The notes beneath the pieces were generated by a model. It had not been told where the DNA came from. It did no database searches and was given only the letters and a program-made list of their open reading frames with translations. From the human T2T-CHM13v2.0 reference genome, Homo sapiens, in assembly GCF_009914755.1 (NCBI RefSeq), contig NC_060937.1: a DNA stretch of 64,000 bases. One strand, written 5' to 3'. Below are positions 1-13,500 of the stretch, piece by piece. Position 1 is the stretch's first letter. Each line of letters starts with the position of its first letter. The position numbers and the translations under genes are program-made.

Positions 1-1290
1 TTTCCTTTCCATTTCATTGCATTCCAATCCATTCCATTCCACTCAAGTTGATTCCATTCCATTCCATACCAGTCGAGCTGATTCCTTTCCATTCTATTTC
101 ATTCGAGGCCCCTTCATTCCATTCCATTCCTTTCTGTTCTATTGCATTCCATTTCACTGCATTGCAATCCATTCCATTCCATTCCATTCCATTGCAATCC
201 ATTGCATTCCAGTCGAGTTGATTCCATTCTATTCCACTCCCTTCCAATGCATTCCATTCCATTCCATTCCATTCCATTCCACTCGAGTTGATACCTTTCC
301 ATTCTATTGCATTCTATTGCATTCCATTCCATTCCATTCCATTCCATTCCATTCCATTCCATTTCACTTCATTCCACTCCATTCCATTCCATTCCATTTC
401 ACTTCATTCCACTCGAGATGATTACATTACAATCTATTGCATTCGAGACCAATTCATTCCATTCCATTCCCTTCCATTCTCTTCGGGTCCATTCAATTCA
501 AATTCAGACCATTAACTTCCATTCCATTCCAGTCCATTCCATTCAACTCGAGTTGGTTCTTTTCCATTCTATTGCATTCCATTCCATTCCATTCCATTCC
601 TTTGCATTGCATTCCATTCCATTCCATTCCTTTGCATTCCATTCCATTCCATTCCATTCCATTCCTTTGCATTCCATTCCATTCCATTCCATACCACTCG
701 AGTTGATACCTTTCCATTCTATTGCATTCCATTCCATTCCATTCCACTCAAGTTGACTCCATTCCACTCCATACCAGTCGAGCTTATTCCTTTCCATTCT
801 ATTGCATTCGAGGCCCCTTCATTCCATTCCATTCCTTTCTGTTCTATTGCATTCCATTTCACTGCATTGCAATCCATTCCATTCCATTCCATTCCATTGC
901 ACTCCATTGCATTCCAGTCGAGTTGATTCCATTCTATTCCACTCCCTTCCAAGGCATTTCATTCCATTCCATTCCATTCCATTCCATTCCATTCCATTCC
1001 ACTCGAGTTGATACCTTTCCATTCTATTGCATTCCATTCCATTCCATTCCATTCCATTTCACTTCATTCCACTCGAGATGATTACATTGCAATCTATTGC
1101 ATTCGAGACCAATTCATTCCATTCCATTCCCTTCCATTCTCTTCGGGTCCATTCAATTCAAATTCAGACCATTAACTTCCATTCCATTCCATTTCATTCC
1201 ATTAAACTCGAGTTGATTCTTTTCCATTATATTGCATTCCATTCCATTCCATTCCATTCCTTTGCATTCCATTCCATTCCATTCCACTCG
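1..1290 (+). repeat. Tandem duplication, unit ~660-705 bp (two copies; the first may extend upstream of the window)
   Basis: Rare variants are shared in the same order: ACTCAAGTTG at 41/746, ATACCAGTCGAGCT at 66/771, GAGGCCCCTT at ~105/810, and CTTCGGGTCCATTCAATTCAAATTCAGACCATTAACTT at 481/1141. Confidence 0.92.
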
Positions 1291-4040
1291 AGTTGATTCC
1301 ATTCCATTCTATAGCATTCCATTCAATTCCATTGCATTCCATTCCATTCCATTTCATTCCTTTCCACTAGAGATGATTCCATTCCATTCTATTGCTTTCC
1401 AAGCCACTTCTTTCCATTCCATTCCATTCCAATCTCTTCGGGTCCATTCAATTAAAATGCATTCCATTCCATTCCATTCCATTCCATTCCATTCCATTCC
1501 ATTCCATTCGAGTTGATTCCATTTCATTCTAATGCATTCCATTCCATTCCAATACATTCCATTCCATTCCACTCGAGTTGATTCCATTCCATTCTATTGC
1601 ATTCCATTCCATTCCATTGCATTCCATTCCACTCGAGTTGATACCTTTCCATTCTATTCCATTTCATTCCATTCCATTCCATTCCATTCCATTCCATTCC
1701 ACTAGAGATGATTCCATTCCATTCTATTTATTTCGAAGCCACTTCATTCCATTCCATTCCATCCAATCTCTTCAGGTCCATTCCATTCAAATGCATTCCA
1801 TTCCATTCGATTCCATTCGATTCCGTTCCATTCCATTCTGTTCCATTCCATTCCATTCCATTCCATTCCATTCCAATCGAGTTGATTCCATTCCATTCCA
1901 TTCCATTCCATTCCATTCCACTCGATTTGATTCCATTCCATTCTGTTGCATTCCATTCCATTTCATTCTATTCCACTCCATTCAACACGAGTTGATTCCA
2001 ATCCATTCTATTGCATTTGAGGCCACTTCTTTCCATTTCATTCCATTCCATTCCATTCCAATCCATTTCACCCTTGTTGATTCCATTCCATTCTATTGCA
2101 TTCCATTCCATTCCATTCCATTCCATTCCTTTCCACTCCATTCCATTCCTTTCCTCTCCATTTGATTCTATTCCATTCTGTTGCATTCCATTCCATTTCA
2201 TTCTATTCCACTCCATTCAACCCGAGTTGATTCCCATCCATTCTATTGCATTCCAGGCCACTTCTTTCCATTCCATTCCATTCCGCTATTTTCGAGTCCA
2301 TTCAATTCGAATGCATTCCATTCCATTCGATTCCATTCCATTCCGTTACATTCCTTTCCATTCCACTCGAGTGTATTCCATTCCATTCTATTGCATTCTA
2401 TTCCATTCCATTCCATTCCACTCGAGTTGATTCCATTCCATTCCATTCCATTCCATTCCGTTCAACCCGAGTTGATTACATTCCATGCTATTGCATTCCA
2501 TTCCACTCCATTCCATTCCATTCCACTCGAGTTGATTCCTTTCCATTCTATTGCATTTGAGGCCACTTCATTCCATTCCATTCCATTCCTTTCTATTGCA
2601 TTCCCTTCCATTCCATTCCATTCCATTCCATTCCATTCCATTCCATTCGAGTTGATTCTATTCCATTCTATTGCATTCCATTCCATTCCATTCCATTCCA
2701 TTCCATTCCATTCCATTGCTATCTTTCCATTCCACTCGGGTTGAATCCATTCCATTGAATTGAATTTCCTTCCATTCCACTCCATTCCATTACAATCCAC
2801 TCGAGTTTATTCCATTCCATTCTATTGCATTCCATTCCATTCCATTCTATGCCACTCGTGTTGTTTCCATTCCATTGTATTCAATTCCATTCCATTCTAT
2901 TCCATTCCACTCAAGTTGATTCCATTCCATTCTATTGCATTGCATTCCATTCCATTCCATTCCATTCCATTCCACTGGAGATTTTTTTTATTCCTTTCCA
3001 TTCCATTCGATTTGATTCCATTCCATTCTATTGAATTCTATTCCATTCCATTCCATTCCATTCCATTCCACTCGAGTTGATTGCATTCCATTCCATTCCA
3101 TTCCATTTCATTCCATTCAACCCGAGTTGATTACATTCCATTCTATTCCATTCGAGGTCACTCCATTCCATTCCATTCCATTCCATTCCATTCCATTCCA
3201 TTCCAATCCTTTCTGGTCAATTCAATTCAAATGCTTTCCATTCCATTCCATTCCACTCTAATTGATTTCATTCCATTCAATTGCATTCCATTCCATTCCA
3301 TCCATTCCATTCCATTCCATTCCACCCGAGTTGATTCCATTCCATTCTATTGCATTCCATTCCATTCCATTCCACTCCATTCCATTCCATTCCATTCCGC
3401 TCGATTTGATTCCATTCTATTCTGTTACATTCCATTCCATTTCATTCTATTCCACTCCATTCAACCCGAGTTGATTCCAATCGATTCTATTGCATTCGAT
3501 GCCACTTCTTTCCATTCCATCCAAATCCATTCCATTCCATTCCATTCCATTCCATTCCATTCCATTCCATTCCATTCTATTCCATTATTTTCGGGTCCAT
3601 TCAATTCAAATGCATTCCATTCCATTCCATTCCATTCCATTCCATTGCATTCCATTCCATTCCATTCCACTCGAGTTTATTCCATTCCATTCTATTGCAT
3701 TCTGTTACATTCCATTCCATTCCACTCTTGTTGATTTCATTCCATTCCATTCCATTTCATTCCATTCAACCCGAGTTGATTCCATTCCATTCTATTGCAT
3801 TCGAGGCCACTTGATTCCATTCCATTCCATTCCATTGCATTCCCTTCCACTCCATTCTTTTCTGGTCAATTCAAGTCGAATGTTTTCCATTCCATTCCAT
3901 TCCACTCGAGTTGACTCCATTCCATTCTATTGCATTCCATTCCATTCCTTTCTCTCCACTCGAGTTGATACCTTTGAATTCTACTGCATTCCATTCCATT
4001 CCATTCCATTCATTGCAGTTGATTCCATTCCATTCCATTC

Positions 4041-4130
4041 CATGCCATTCCATTCCATTCCATTCAAGTTGATTCCATTCCATTCCATGCCATTCCATTC
4101 CATTCCATTCAAGTTGATTCCATTCCATTC
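4041..4130 (+). repeat. 45-bp tandem duplication
   Basis: CATGCCATTCCATTCCATTCCATTCAAGTTGATTC at 4041 and 4086. Confidence 0.85.
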
Positions 4131-7100
4131 CATTCTATTGCATTCCATTCCATTCCTTTCCATTCCATTCCACTCTAGTTGATTCCATTCCATTCTGTAG
4201 CATTCCATTCCGTTCCATTCCATTCCATTCCTTTCCATTCCATTCCATTCAATACCATTCCATTCCATTCCTTTCCACTCGGGTTGATTCCAATCCACTC
4301 TATTGGATTCGAGGCCACTTCATACCATTGCATTGCATTCCATTCCATTCCATTCCATTCCATTCCATTCCATTCCATTCCATTCCATTCCATTGCATTC
4401 CATTCCACTCTAGTTGATTCCATTCCATTCTATTGCATTCCATTCCATTCCATTCCATTTCACTCCGGTTGATTCCATTCCATTCTCTTGCATTCCATTC
4501 AATTCCTTTCCATTTGGTTCCATTCCATTGCATTCCATTCCACTCGAGTTAATTCCATTCCTTTATACTGCATTCCGTTCCATTTCATTCCATTCCATTC
4601 CATTCCATTCCGTTCCTTTCCATTCCATTCCATTCCATTATATTACATTAACTTCCACTCCATTCCACTCGAGTTGATTCCATTCCATTCTATTGCATTC
4701 GAGGCCACTTTATGCCATTCCTTTCCATTGCATTCTATTGCATTCCTTTCCATTCCATTCCATTCCATTCCATTCCATTCAACTCGTGTTGATTTCATTC
4801 CATTCTATTTCATTCAAGACCACATCATTCCATTCCTTTCCATTCCATTCTTTTCTGATCCATTCAATTTAGATGCATTCCCTTCCGTTCCATTCCATTC
4901 AATTCCATTCCATTCCATTCTTTTCCTTTACACTCGAGTTTATTCCATTCCATTCTATTGCATTCCATTCCAGTCCATTCCATTGCTTTCCATTCCAGTC
5001 CATTCCATTGCACTCCTTTTCATTCCATTCCATTCCATTCCACTCGAGTTGATTCCACTCCATTCTGTTCCATTCCATTCCATTCCATTCCACTCAAATT
5101 GATTCCATTTCATTGTATTGCATTCCATTCTGTTCCATTCCATTCCATTCCATTCCACTCCAGTTGATTCCATTCCATTCTATTGTATTCCATTCCAATC
5201 CATTCCATTCCATTCCAATCCATTCCACTCGAGCTAATTCCTTTCCATTCTATTGCATTCTAGGCCACTTCATTCCATTCCATTCTATTGCATTCCGTTC
5301 CATTCCATTCCATTCAATTCCATTCCATTGCATTCCATTCCATTCCATTCCATTCCATTCCATTCCATTCCATTCCATTGCATTCCTTTCCACTCGGGTA
5401 GATTCCATTCCAATCCATTCCATTCCATTCCATTCCAATTCCATTCCATTCCATTCCATTCCACTAGGGTTGATTCCATTCCATTCTATTGCATTCCATT
5501 GCATTCCATTCCATTCCATCCGATTCCACTCGTGTTGATTAGACTCCTTTCTATTGCATTCCATTCCCTTCCATTTCATTCCATGCCATTCCACTCAATT
5601 CCATTATATTCCATTCAACTCTATTGCATTCCATTCCATTCCATTCCATTCCATTCCAGTAGAGTTGATTCCATTCCATTCTATTGCAATCAATGCTACA
5701 TCGTTCCATTCCATTCCGTTACTTTCTATTCCATTCCATTCCATTCCATTCCATTCCATTCCATTCCATTCTAGTTGATTCCATTCCATTCCATCCCATT
5801 CCATTCCATTCCATTGGAGTTGATTACATTCCATTCTATTGCATTCCTTTCCATTCCATTCCATTCCATTCCATTTCAATCCCCTCGAGTTGATTCCATT
5901 CCATTGTTTTGTCTTCCATTCCATTCCATTGCATTCCATTCCATTCCATTCCACTCGAGTTGTTTCCATTCCATTCTATTGCATTCCATTCCCTTCCATT
6001 CCATTCCATTGCATTCCATTCAATTCCAATCCATTCCATTCCATTCCACTCGAGTTGATTCCATTCCAATCTATTGCATTCGAGGGCACTTTATTTCATT
6101 TCATTCCGTTCTATTCCATTATTTTCGAGTCCATTCAATTCAAATGCATTCCATTCCATTTCATTCCATTCCACTCCATTCAAATCCGTTTCATTCCATT
6201 CCACTCAAGGTGATTCCATTCCATTCCATTGTTTTCGAGGCCCCTCTAATCCATTCATTTCCATTCCATTCTATTGCATTCAAAGCCACTTCATTCCTTT
6301 CCATTCCATTCTATTGCGTTCCATTCCATTACATTACATTCCAATCCATTCCATTCCACTCGAGTTGATTCCTTTCCATTCTATTGCTTCCATTCCACTC
6401 CATTCCATTCCATTCCATTTCAGTCCATTCCATTCCACTCGAGTTGATTCCAGTCTATTCTATTGCTTTCCATTCCCTTCCATTCCATTTCTTTCCAGTC
6501 CATTCAATTCCATTCCATTAAATTCCACTCGAGTTGATTCCATTCCATTCTATTGCACTCGAGACCACTTCATTCCATTCCATTCCGTTCCTTTCCTTTC
6601 CATTCCAATCCATTCCATTGCATTCCATTTTTTCGAGGTCCATTCAATTCAAAAGTATTCCAATCCATTCCATTCCATTCTACTCCATTCCATTCCATTC
6701 CATTCTATTCCATTATATTCCATTCCACTCGAGTTGATTCCATTCCATTCTATTGCCTTCCATTCCATTCCATTTCATTCCATTGCATTCCATTCCACTC
6801 GAGTTGATTCCATTCCATTCTATTACAGTCACGGCCACTACATTCCATTCAATTCCCTTCCATTCCATTGCATTCCACTCGAGTTGATTCCACTCCATTC
6901 TATTGCATTCCATTCCATTCCATTCCATTCCGGTTAATTACTTTCCATTCTATTGCATTCGAGGCCACGTCTTCCAATTCCATTCCATTGCATTGTATTG
7001 CATTCCATTCCTTTCCATTCCATTCCATTCCATTCAATTCCATTCCATTCCAATCCATTCCATTCTATTCCATTCCATTCCATTTCATTCCATTCCTTTC

Positions 7101-10100
7101 CACTTGGGTTGATTCCACTCCAATCCATTCCATTCCATTCCATTCCATTCCATTCCACTAGAGTTGATTCCATTCCATTCTATTGCATTCCATACCCTTC
7201 CATTCCATTCCAATCAATTCCATTCCATTGCATTCGAGTTGATTCCATTCCATTTTATTGCATTCCATTCCACTCCATTCCACTCGAGTTGATTCTATTC
7301 CATTCTATTTCATTCCATTCCATTCCATTCCATTCCAATCCATTCCATTCCATTCCATTCCATGCTACTCTAGTTGATTCCATTCCATTCTATTTCATTC
7401 CATTCCATTCCACTATATTCCATTCCATTCCTCTCGAGATGATTCCTTTCCATTTTATTGCATTCCATTCCATTCCATTCCATTCCATTCCATTCCATTC
7501 CATGCCATTTAATTCCATTCCATTCCACTCTTTTCCATTCCTGTTGATTCCATTACTTTATATTGCATTTAATTCCATTCCATTCCATTGCATTCCATTC
7601 CATTTCACTGCTTTCTATTCCATTCCATTCCATCCCTTTCCATTCCATTTCTTTCCATTCCATTCCTTTCGTGTTGTTTGCATTCCATTCTATTGAATTC
7701 CATTCCATTCCATTCCACCCGAGTTGATTCCATTCCATTCCATTGCATTTGAGACCACTTCATTCCATTCCACTCCATTCCATTCTATTGCATTCCATTA
7801 AATTCCATTCCATTCTATTTAATCCCATTCCATTCCGTTCCATTCCATTCCATTACATTCCACTCCATTCCGTTCCACTTGAGTTGATTCCATTCCATTC
7901 TCTTGCACTCAATTCCATTCCTTTACATTCCATTTCATTCCATTCCTCTCGAGCTTATTCCATTCCATTCTATTGCATTCATTTCCATTCCAAAACATTC
8001 CATTCCTTTCCACTCCATTCCATTCCACTCGAGTTGATTCCATTCCATTGCATTCCCTTCCATTCCATTACATTCCCTTCCATTCCATTCCACTCGAGTT
8101 GTTTCCATTCCATTCTATTGCATTCGAGGCCACTTCATACCATTCCATTCCTTTCCATTCCATTCTTTTGAAGTCCATTCAATGCAAATACACTCGATTC
8201 CCTTCTATTCTATTCCATTCCATTCCATTTCATTCCATTCCATTCCTTTCAATTCGACTTGAGTTTATTCCATTCTATTCCACTGTATTCCATTCCATTT
8301 TATTCCATTCCATTATATTCCATTCCACTCGAGTTGATTCCATTCCATTCTATTGCATTTCATTCCATTCCATTCCATTTCATTCGAGTTGATTACAGTC
8401 CATTCTGTTGCATTCCATTCCATTCCATTCCACTCTAGTTGATTCCATTCCATTCTACTGTATCCGAGGACACTTCATTCCATTCCATTCTTTCCCATTC
8501 CATACTTTTTGGATACATTCAATTCAAATGCCTTCCAATCGATTCCATTCCATTCCATTCCATTCCACTCTAGTTGATTCTATTCCATTCTATTCCATTC
8601 CATTCCAGTCCACTCCATTCCATTGCATTCCACTCGAGTTGATTCCATTCCATTCTATTACATTCGAGGCCACTTCATTCCATCCCATTGCATTCCATTC
8701 TATTGTGTTCCATTCCATTCCATTCACTTCCATTCCATTCCACTTGAGTTGTTTCCATTCCATTATACTGCATTCAAGGCCACTTGATTCCATTCCATTC
8801 CATTCCCTTCTTTTCGGATAAATTCATTTTAAATGCATTCCATTCCATTCCATTCCATTCCCTTCCATTCCATTCGATTCCTTTCCACTCGAGTCTATTA
8901 AATTCCATTCTATTGCATGCCATTACATTTCATTCCTTTGCATTCCTTTCCATTCCATTGCATTGCATTGCATTGCATTCCATTCCATTCCATTCCATTC
9001 CACTCGTGTTGATTCTTTTCCATTCTATTGCATTGCATTAAATTCCATTCCCATCCATTCCATTCCATTCCATCCCATTCCATTCCATTCCACTCGAATT
9101 GATTCCATTCCATTCTATTGCATTTGAGGCCACTTCATTCCATTCCTTTCCATGCCATTCCATTCCATTCCATTCTTTTCGGGTCCATTCAAATTAAATG
9201 CATTCCATTCCATTCCACTCAAGTTGATTCCTTTCCATTCTATTGCATTCCATTGCATACCTTTCCATTCCATTCCATTCCGCTCTAGTTGATGCCATTC
9301 CATTCTATGGCATTCCATTCAATTCCTTTCAATTCCATTCCACTCCATTCCACTCGAGTTTAATCCATTCCATTCTATTGCATTCCATTAAATTCCATTC
9401 CATTCCATTCCACTCGAGTTAATTCCATTCCATTCTATTGCATTCCGTTCCATTCCTTTCCATTCCATTGCATTCCATTCCATTCCCTTCCATTGCATTC
9501 CATTCCTTTCCATTCGAGTTGATTCCATTCCATTGTATTGCATTCCATTCCATTCCATTGCATTCCATTCTATTGCATTCCATTCCATTCCATTCCGTTG
9601 TGTTCCATTCTATTCCATTCTGTTACATTCCATTCCATTCCACTCGGGTTGATTCTATTGCATTCGAGGCCACTTCATTCCATTCCATTCTATAGCATTC
9701 CATTCCATTCGATTCCATTCCATTCCTTTCCTCTCCAGTTGATTCCATTCCATTGTATTGCATTCCATTCCATTCCATTCCATTGCATTCCATTCCATTC
9801 CAATCCATTCCATTCCATTGCATTCCATTCCAATCCATTCCATTCCATTGCATTCCATTCTATTCCGTTCTATTCCACTCGAATTGATTCCATTCCATTC
9901 TATTGCATTCCATTCCATTCCATTCCATTCCATTCCATTCCTTAGCATTCCATTCCATTGCATTCCATTCCATTGCATTCCATTAAATTCCACTATATTT
10001 GATTCCATTCCATTCTATTGCATTCCATTCCATTCCATTCCTTTCCATTCCATTCCATTCCATGCCATGCCATTCTATTGCATTAGAGGCCACTTCATTC

Positions 10101-10274
10101 CATTCCATTCCATAGCATTCTATTGCATTCCATTCCTTTCCATTCCATCCCATTCCATTGCACTGCATTCTATTCCATGCCACTCGTGTTGATTCCATTT
10201 CATTGCATTCCATTCCATTTCATTCCATTCCATTCCATTCCCTTCCATTTCATTCCATTCCATTCTATTGCATT

Positions 10275-10500
10275 CCATTCCCTTCCATTCCTTTCCGTTC
10301 CGTTCCATTCCATTCCATTCCATTCCATTCCATTCCCTTCCATTCCTTTCCGTTCCGTTCCATTCCATTCCATTCCATTCCATTCCATTCCATTCCATTC
10401 CTTTCCGTTCCATTCCATTCCATTCCATTCCATTCCATTCCCTTCCATTCCTTTCCGTTCCGTTCCATTCCATTCCATTCCATTCCATTCCATTCCATTC
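10275..10500 (+). repeat. ~50-60-bp local amplification (3 full copies + 1 partial)
   Basis: CCTTCCATTCCTTTCCGTTCCGTTC at 10281, 10336 and 10441; partial CTTTCCGTTC at 10401. Confidence 0.85.
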
Positions 10501-13500
10501 CACAGGGTTTGATTCCATTCCATTCTATTGCATTCGAGGACTCTTCATTCCCATCCATTCCATTCCTTTCTTTTACCTACCTTTCCATTCCTTTCCATTC
10601 CATTCCATTCCATTCCATTCTATGCCATTCTGTTCCATTCCATGCCACTCGAGTTGATTCGCTTCCAATCTATTGCATTCCATTCCATTCCATTCCACTC
10701 GATTTGATTCCATTCAATTCTATTGCATTCCATTCAATTCCATTCCATTCAAATACATTCCATTCTTTTCCATTCACTCGAGTTGATTCCCTTCTGTTCT
10801 ATTGCATTCTTTTCCATTCCATTCCATTCCATTCCATTCCATTCCATTGCATTCTATACCATTCCACTCGTGTTGATTCCATTCAAATCTATTGCATTCC
10901 ATTCCATTCCATTCCATTCCATTCCATGCCACTCGAGTTCATTCCATTCCATTCTATTGCATTTGAGGCCACCTCATTCCATTTCATTCCATTCCATTCT
11001 ATCACATTCCATTCCATTCCATTCCAATCCATTCCTTTCCATTCCATTCCATGCCACTCGAGTTGATTCCATTCCATTCTATTGCATTCCCTTCCATTCC
11101 TTTCCATTCCATTCCATGCCACTCGAGTTGATTCCATTCCATTCTATTGTATTCCATTCATTTCCATTCCATTCAATTCCATTGCATTCCATTCGATTCC
11201 ACTCGATTTGATTCCATTCCATTCTATTGCATTCCATTCCATGCCATTCCATTCCATTCCTTTCCATTCCATTCCATTCTACTCCATTGCATTCCATTCC
11301 ACTCGATTTGATTTCATTCCATTCTACTGCATTCCATTTCATTTCGTTCCATTGCATTCCGTTCCATTCCACTTGACTTGATTCCATTCCATTCTATTGC
11401 ATTCCATTCCATTGCATTCCATTCCAGTCCAGTCCATTTCTTTCCACTTGAGTTCATTCCATTCCATTCTATTGCATTCCATTCCCTTCCATTCCATTTC
11501 ATTCCATTCCATTCCATTCCATTTAATTCCGTTCCATTCCATTCCACTCCAGTGGATTCCATTCTATGCTATTTAATTTCATTCCATTCCATTCCATTCC
11601 ACTGCGGTTGATTCCATTCAATTCTATTGCTTTTCATTCCATTCAATTCCACTGCGTTTCATTCCATTCCATTCCACTGCATTTCATTCCATTCCATTCA
11701 ATTTCATTCCATTCCACACCAGTTCCCTCCATTCCATTCCATTCCATTGCATTCCATTCCATTCCACCCGTGTTGTTTCCATTCCATTCTACAGCATTCC
11801 ATTATATTACATTACATTCCACTCCATTCCACTCGAGTTGATTGCTTTCCATTCTATTCCACTCAAAGCCACTTTATTCCATTCCATTCCATTCCATTCC
11901 ATTCCATTCTCTTGCATTCCTTTCCATTCCATTCCTTTGAAATCCATTCCGCTCTATTCCATTCCATTTCATTCCACTCCAGTTGATTCCATTCCATTCT
12001 ATTGCATTCAAAGCCACTTGATTCCATTCAGTTCCATTCCATTCCATTCCATTCCATTCTTTTCGGATCCATTCAATTCAATTGCATTGCTTTCCATTCC
12101 ATTCCACTCGAGTTGATTCCATTCCATTATATTGCATTCCATTGCATTCCATTCCATTCCATTTCATTCCACTCGGGTTGATTCCATTCCATTCTATTGC
12201 ATTGCATTCCATTCCATTCCATTCCAATCGAATTAATTCCATTCCTTTCTATTGCGTTCGAGGCCACTTCATTCCATTCATTTCCATTCCATTCCATTCC
12301 ATTATTTTCTGGTCCATTCAATTCAATTGCATTCCGTTCCATTCCATTCCATTCCACTGGAGTTGATTCCATTACATTCTATAGCTTTCCATTCCATTCC
12401 ATTCCATTCCACTCCATTTCACTCGTGATTTTTCCATTCCATTCAATTGCATTCCATTCCATTCCATTCCATTCCATTCCACTCCACTCAAGTTGATTAA
12501 ATTCCATTCTATTGTACTCCATTCTATTGCATTCCATTCTATTCCATTCCATTCCATTCCATTCCACTTGACTTGATTCCATTCCATTTTATTGCATTCC
12601 ATTCCATTCCATTCGAGTTGATTCCATTCCATTCTATTACATTCCATTCCATTCCATTCCTTTCCATTCCATTATACTTGAGTTGATTCCATTCTATTCT
12701 ATTGCATTAGAGGCCACTTCATTCCATTCCATTCCATTCCATTCCATTCCATTCCATTCCATTCTATTGCATTCCTTTCCATTTCATTCCATTCCATGAC
12801 ACTAGAGTTGATTCCATTCCATTCTATTCATTCCATTCAATTCCATTCCATTCCTTTTCGCTCCATTCCATTCTATTCCACTCGAGTTGGTTCCATTCCT
12901 TTCTATTGCATTCGAGTCCAATTCATTCCATTCCATTCCATTCCATTCCAATCTTTTTAGGTCCATTCAATTAAAATGCATTCCATTCCACTCCACTCCA
13001 TTCCAATCCATTCAAATATTCTCGAGTTGATTCCATTCCATTCCATTCTATTGAATTCCATTTAATTCCATTTCATTATATTTCATTGCACTCCAGTTGT
13101 TTCCATTCCATTCTATTGCATTCCACTCCATTCCATTCCATTCTATTCCCTTGCATTCCATTCCACTCGAGTTGATTGCATTCCATTCTATTGCATTCTA
13201 AGCCACTTCATTCCATTTAATTCCATTCCATTCCATTCCATGGTATTCCATTCCATTCCATTAGACTCGAGCGGTTTTCATTCCATTCTATTGCATTCGA
13301 GGCCAGTTCATTCCATTCAATTCCATTGGAGACCATTCCATTCCATTCGAGTCCTTTCCATTCCATTCCATTCGAGTCCATTCCATTCCATTTCATTCTA
13401 TTCGAATCCATTCCATTCCATTCTATTTGATTCTATTCTTTTCCATTCCATTCCATTACGTTGCATTCAATTTATTCCATTCCATTCCATTCCATTCTTG

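Larger units (their letters stand above)
1..13310 (+). repeat. Domain 1: HSat3 variant with interspersed CCACTCGAGTTGATTC-CATTC-CATTC-TATTG motif
   Basis: ACTCGAGTTG or one-mismatch variants recur roughly every 50-200 bp (e.g. 281, 1001, 1571, 2421, 5042, 8027, 11121, 13165). They are usually followed by ATTCCATTCCATTCTATTGCATTC and often by GAGGCCACTT. The last such cassette lies at ~13265-13310. Confidence 0.9.

Noticed and set aside
2978-2992. T-run GAGATTTTTTTTA as a retrotransposon poly(A) remnant or Pol III terminator
   Set aside because: It is only 8 T, with no element body or target-site duplication, and is best explained as a mutated GAGTTGATTC cassette with homopolymer slippage.
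281-13175. Regularly recurring palindrome-containing motif resembling a CRISPR direct repeat
   Set aside because: The intervening sequences are CATTC satellite of variable length, not unique fixed-length spacers. There is no leader and no cas gene, and the context is eukaryotic satellite.
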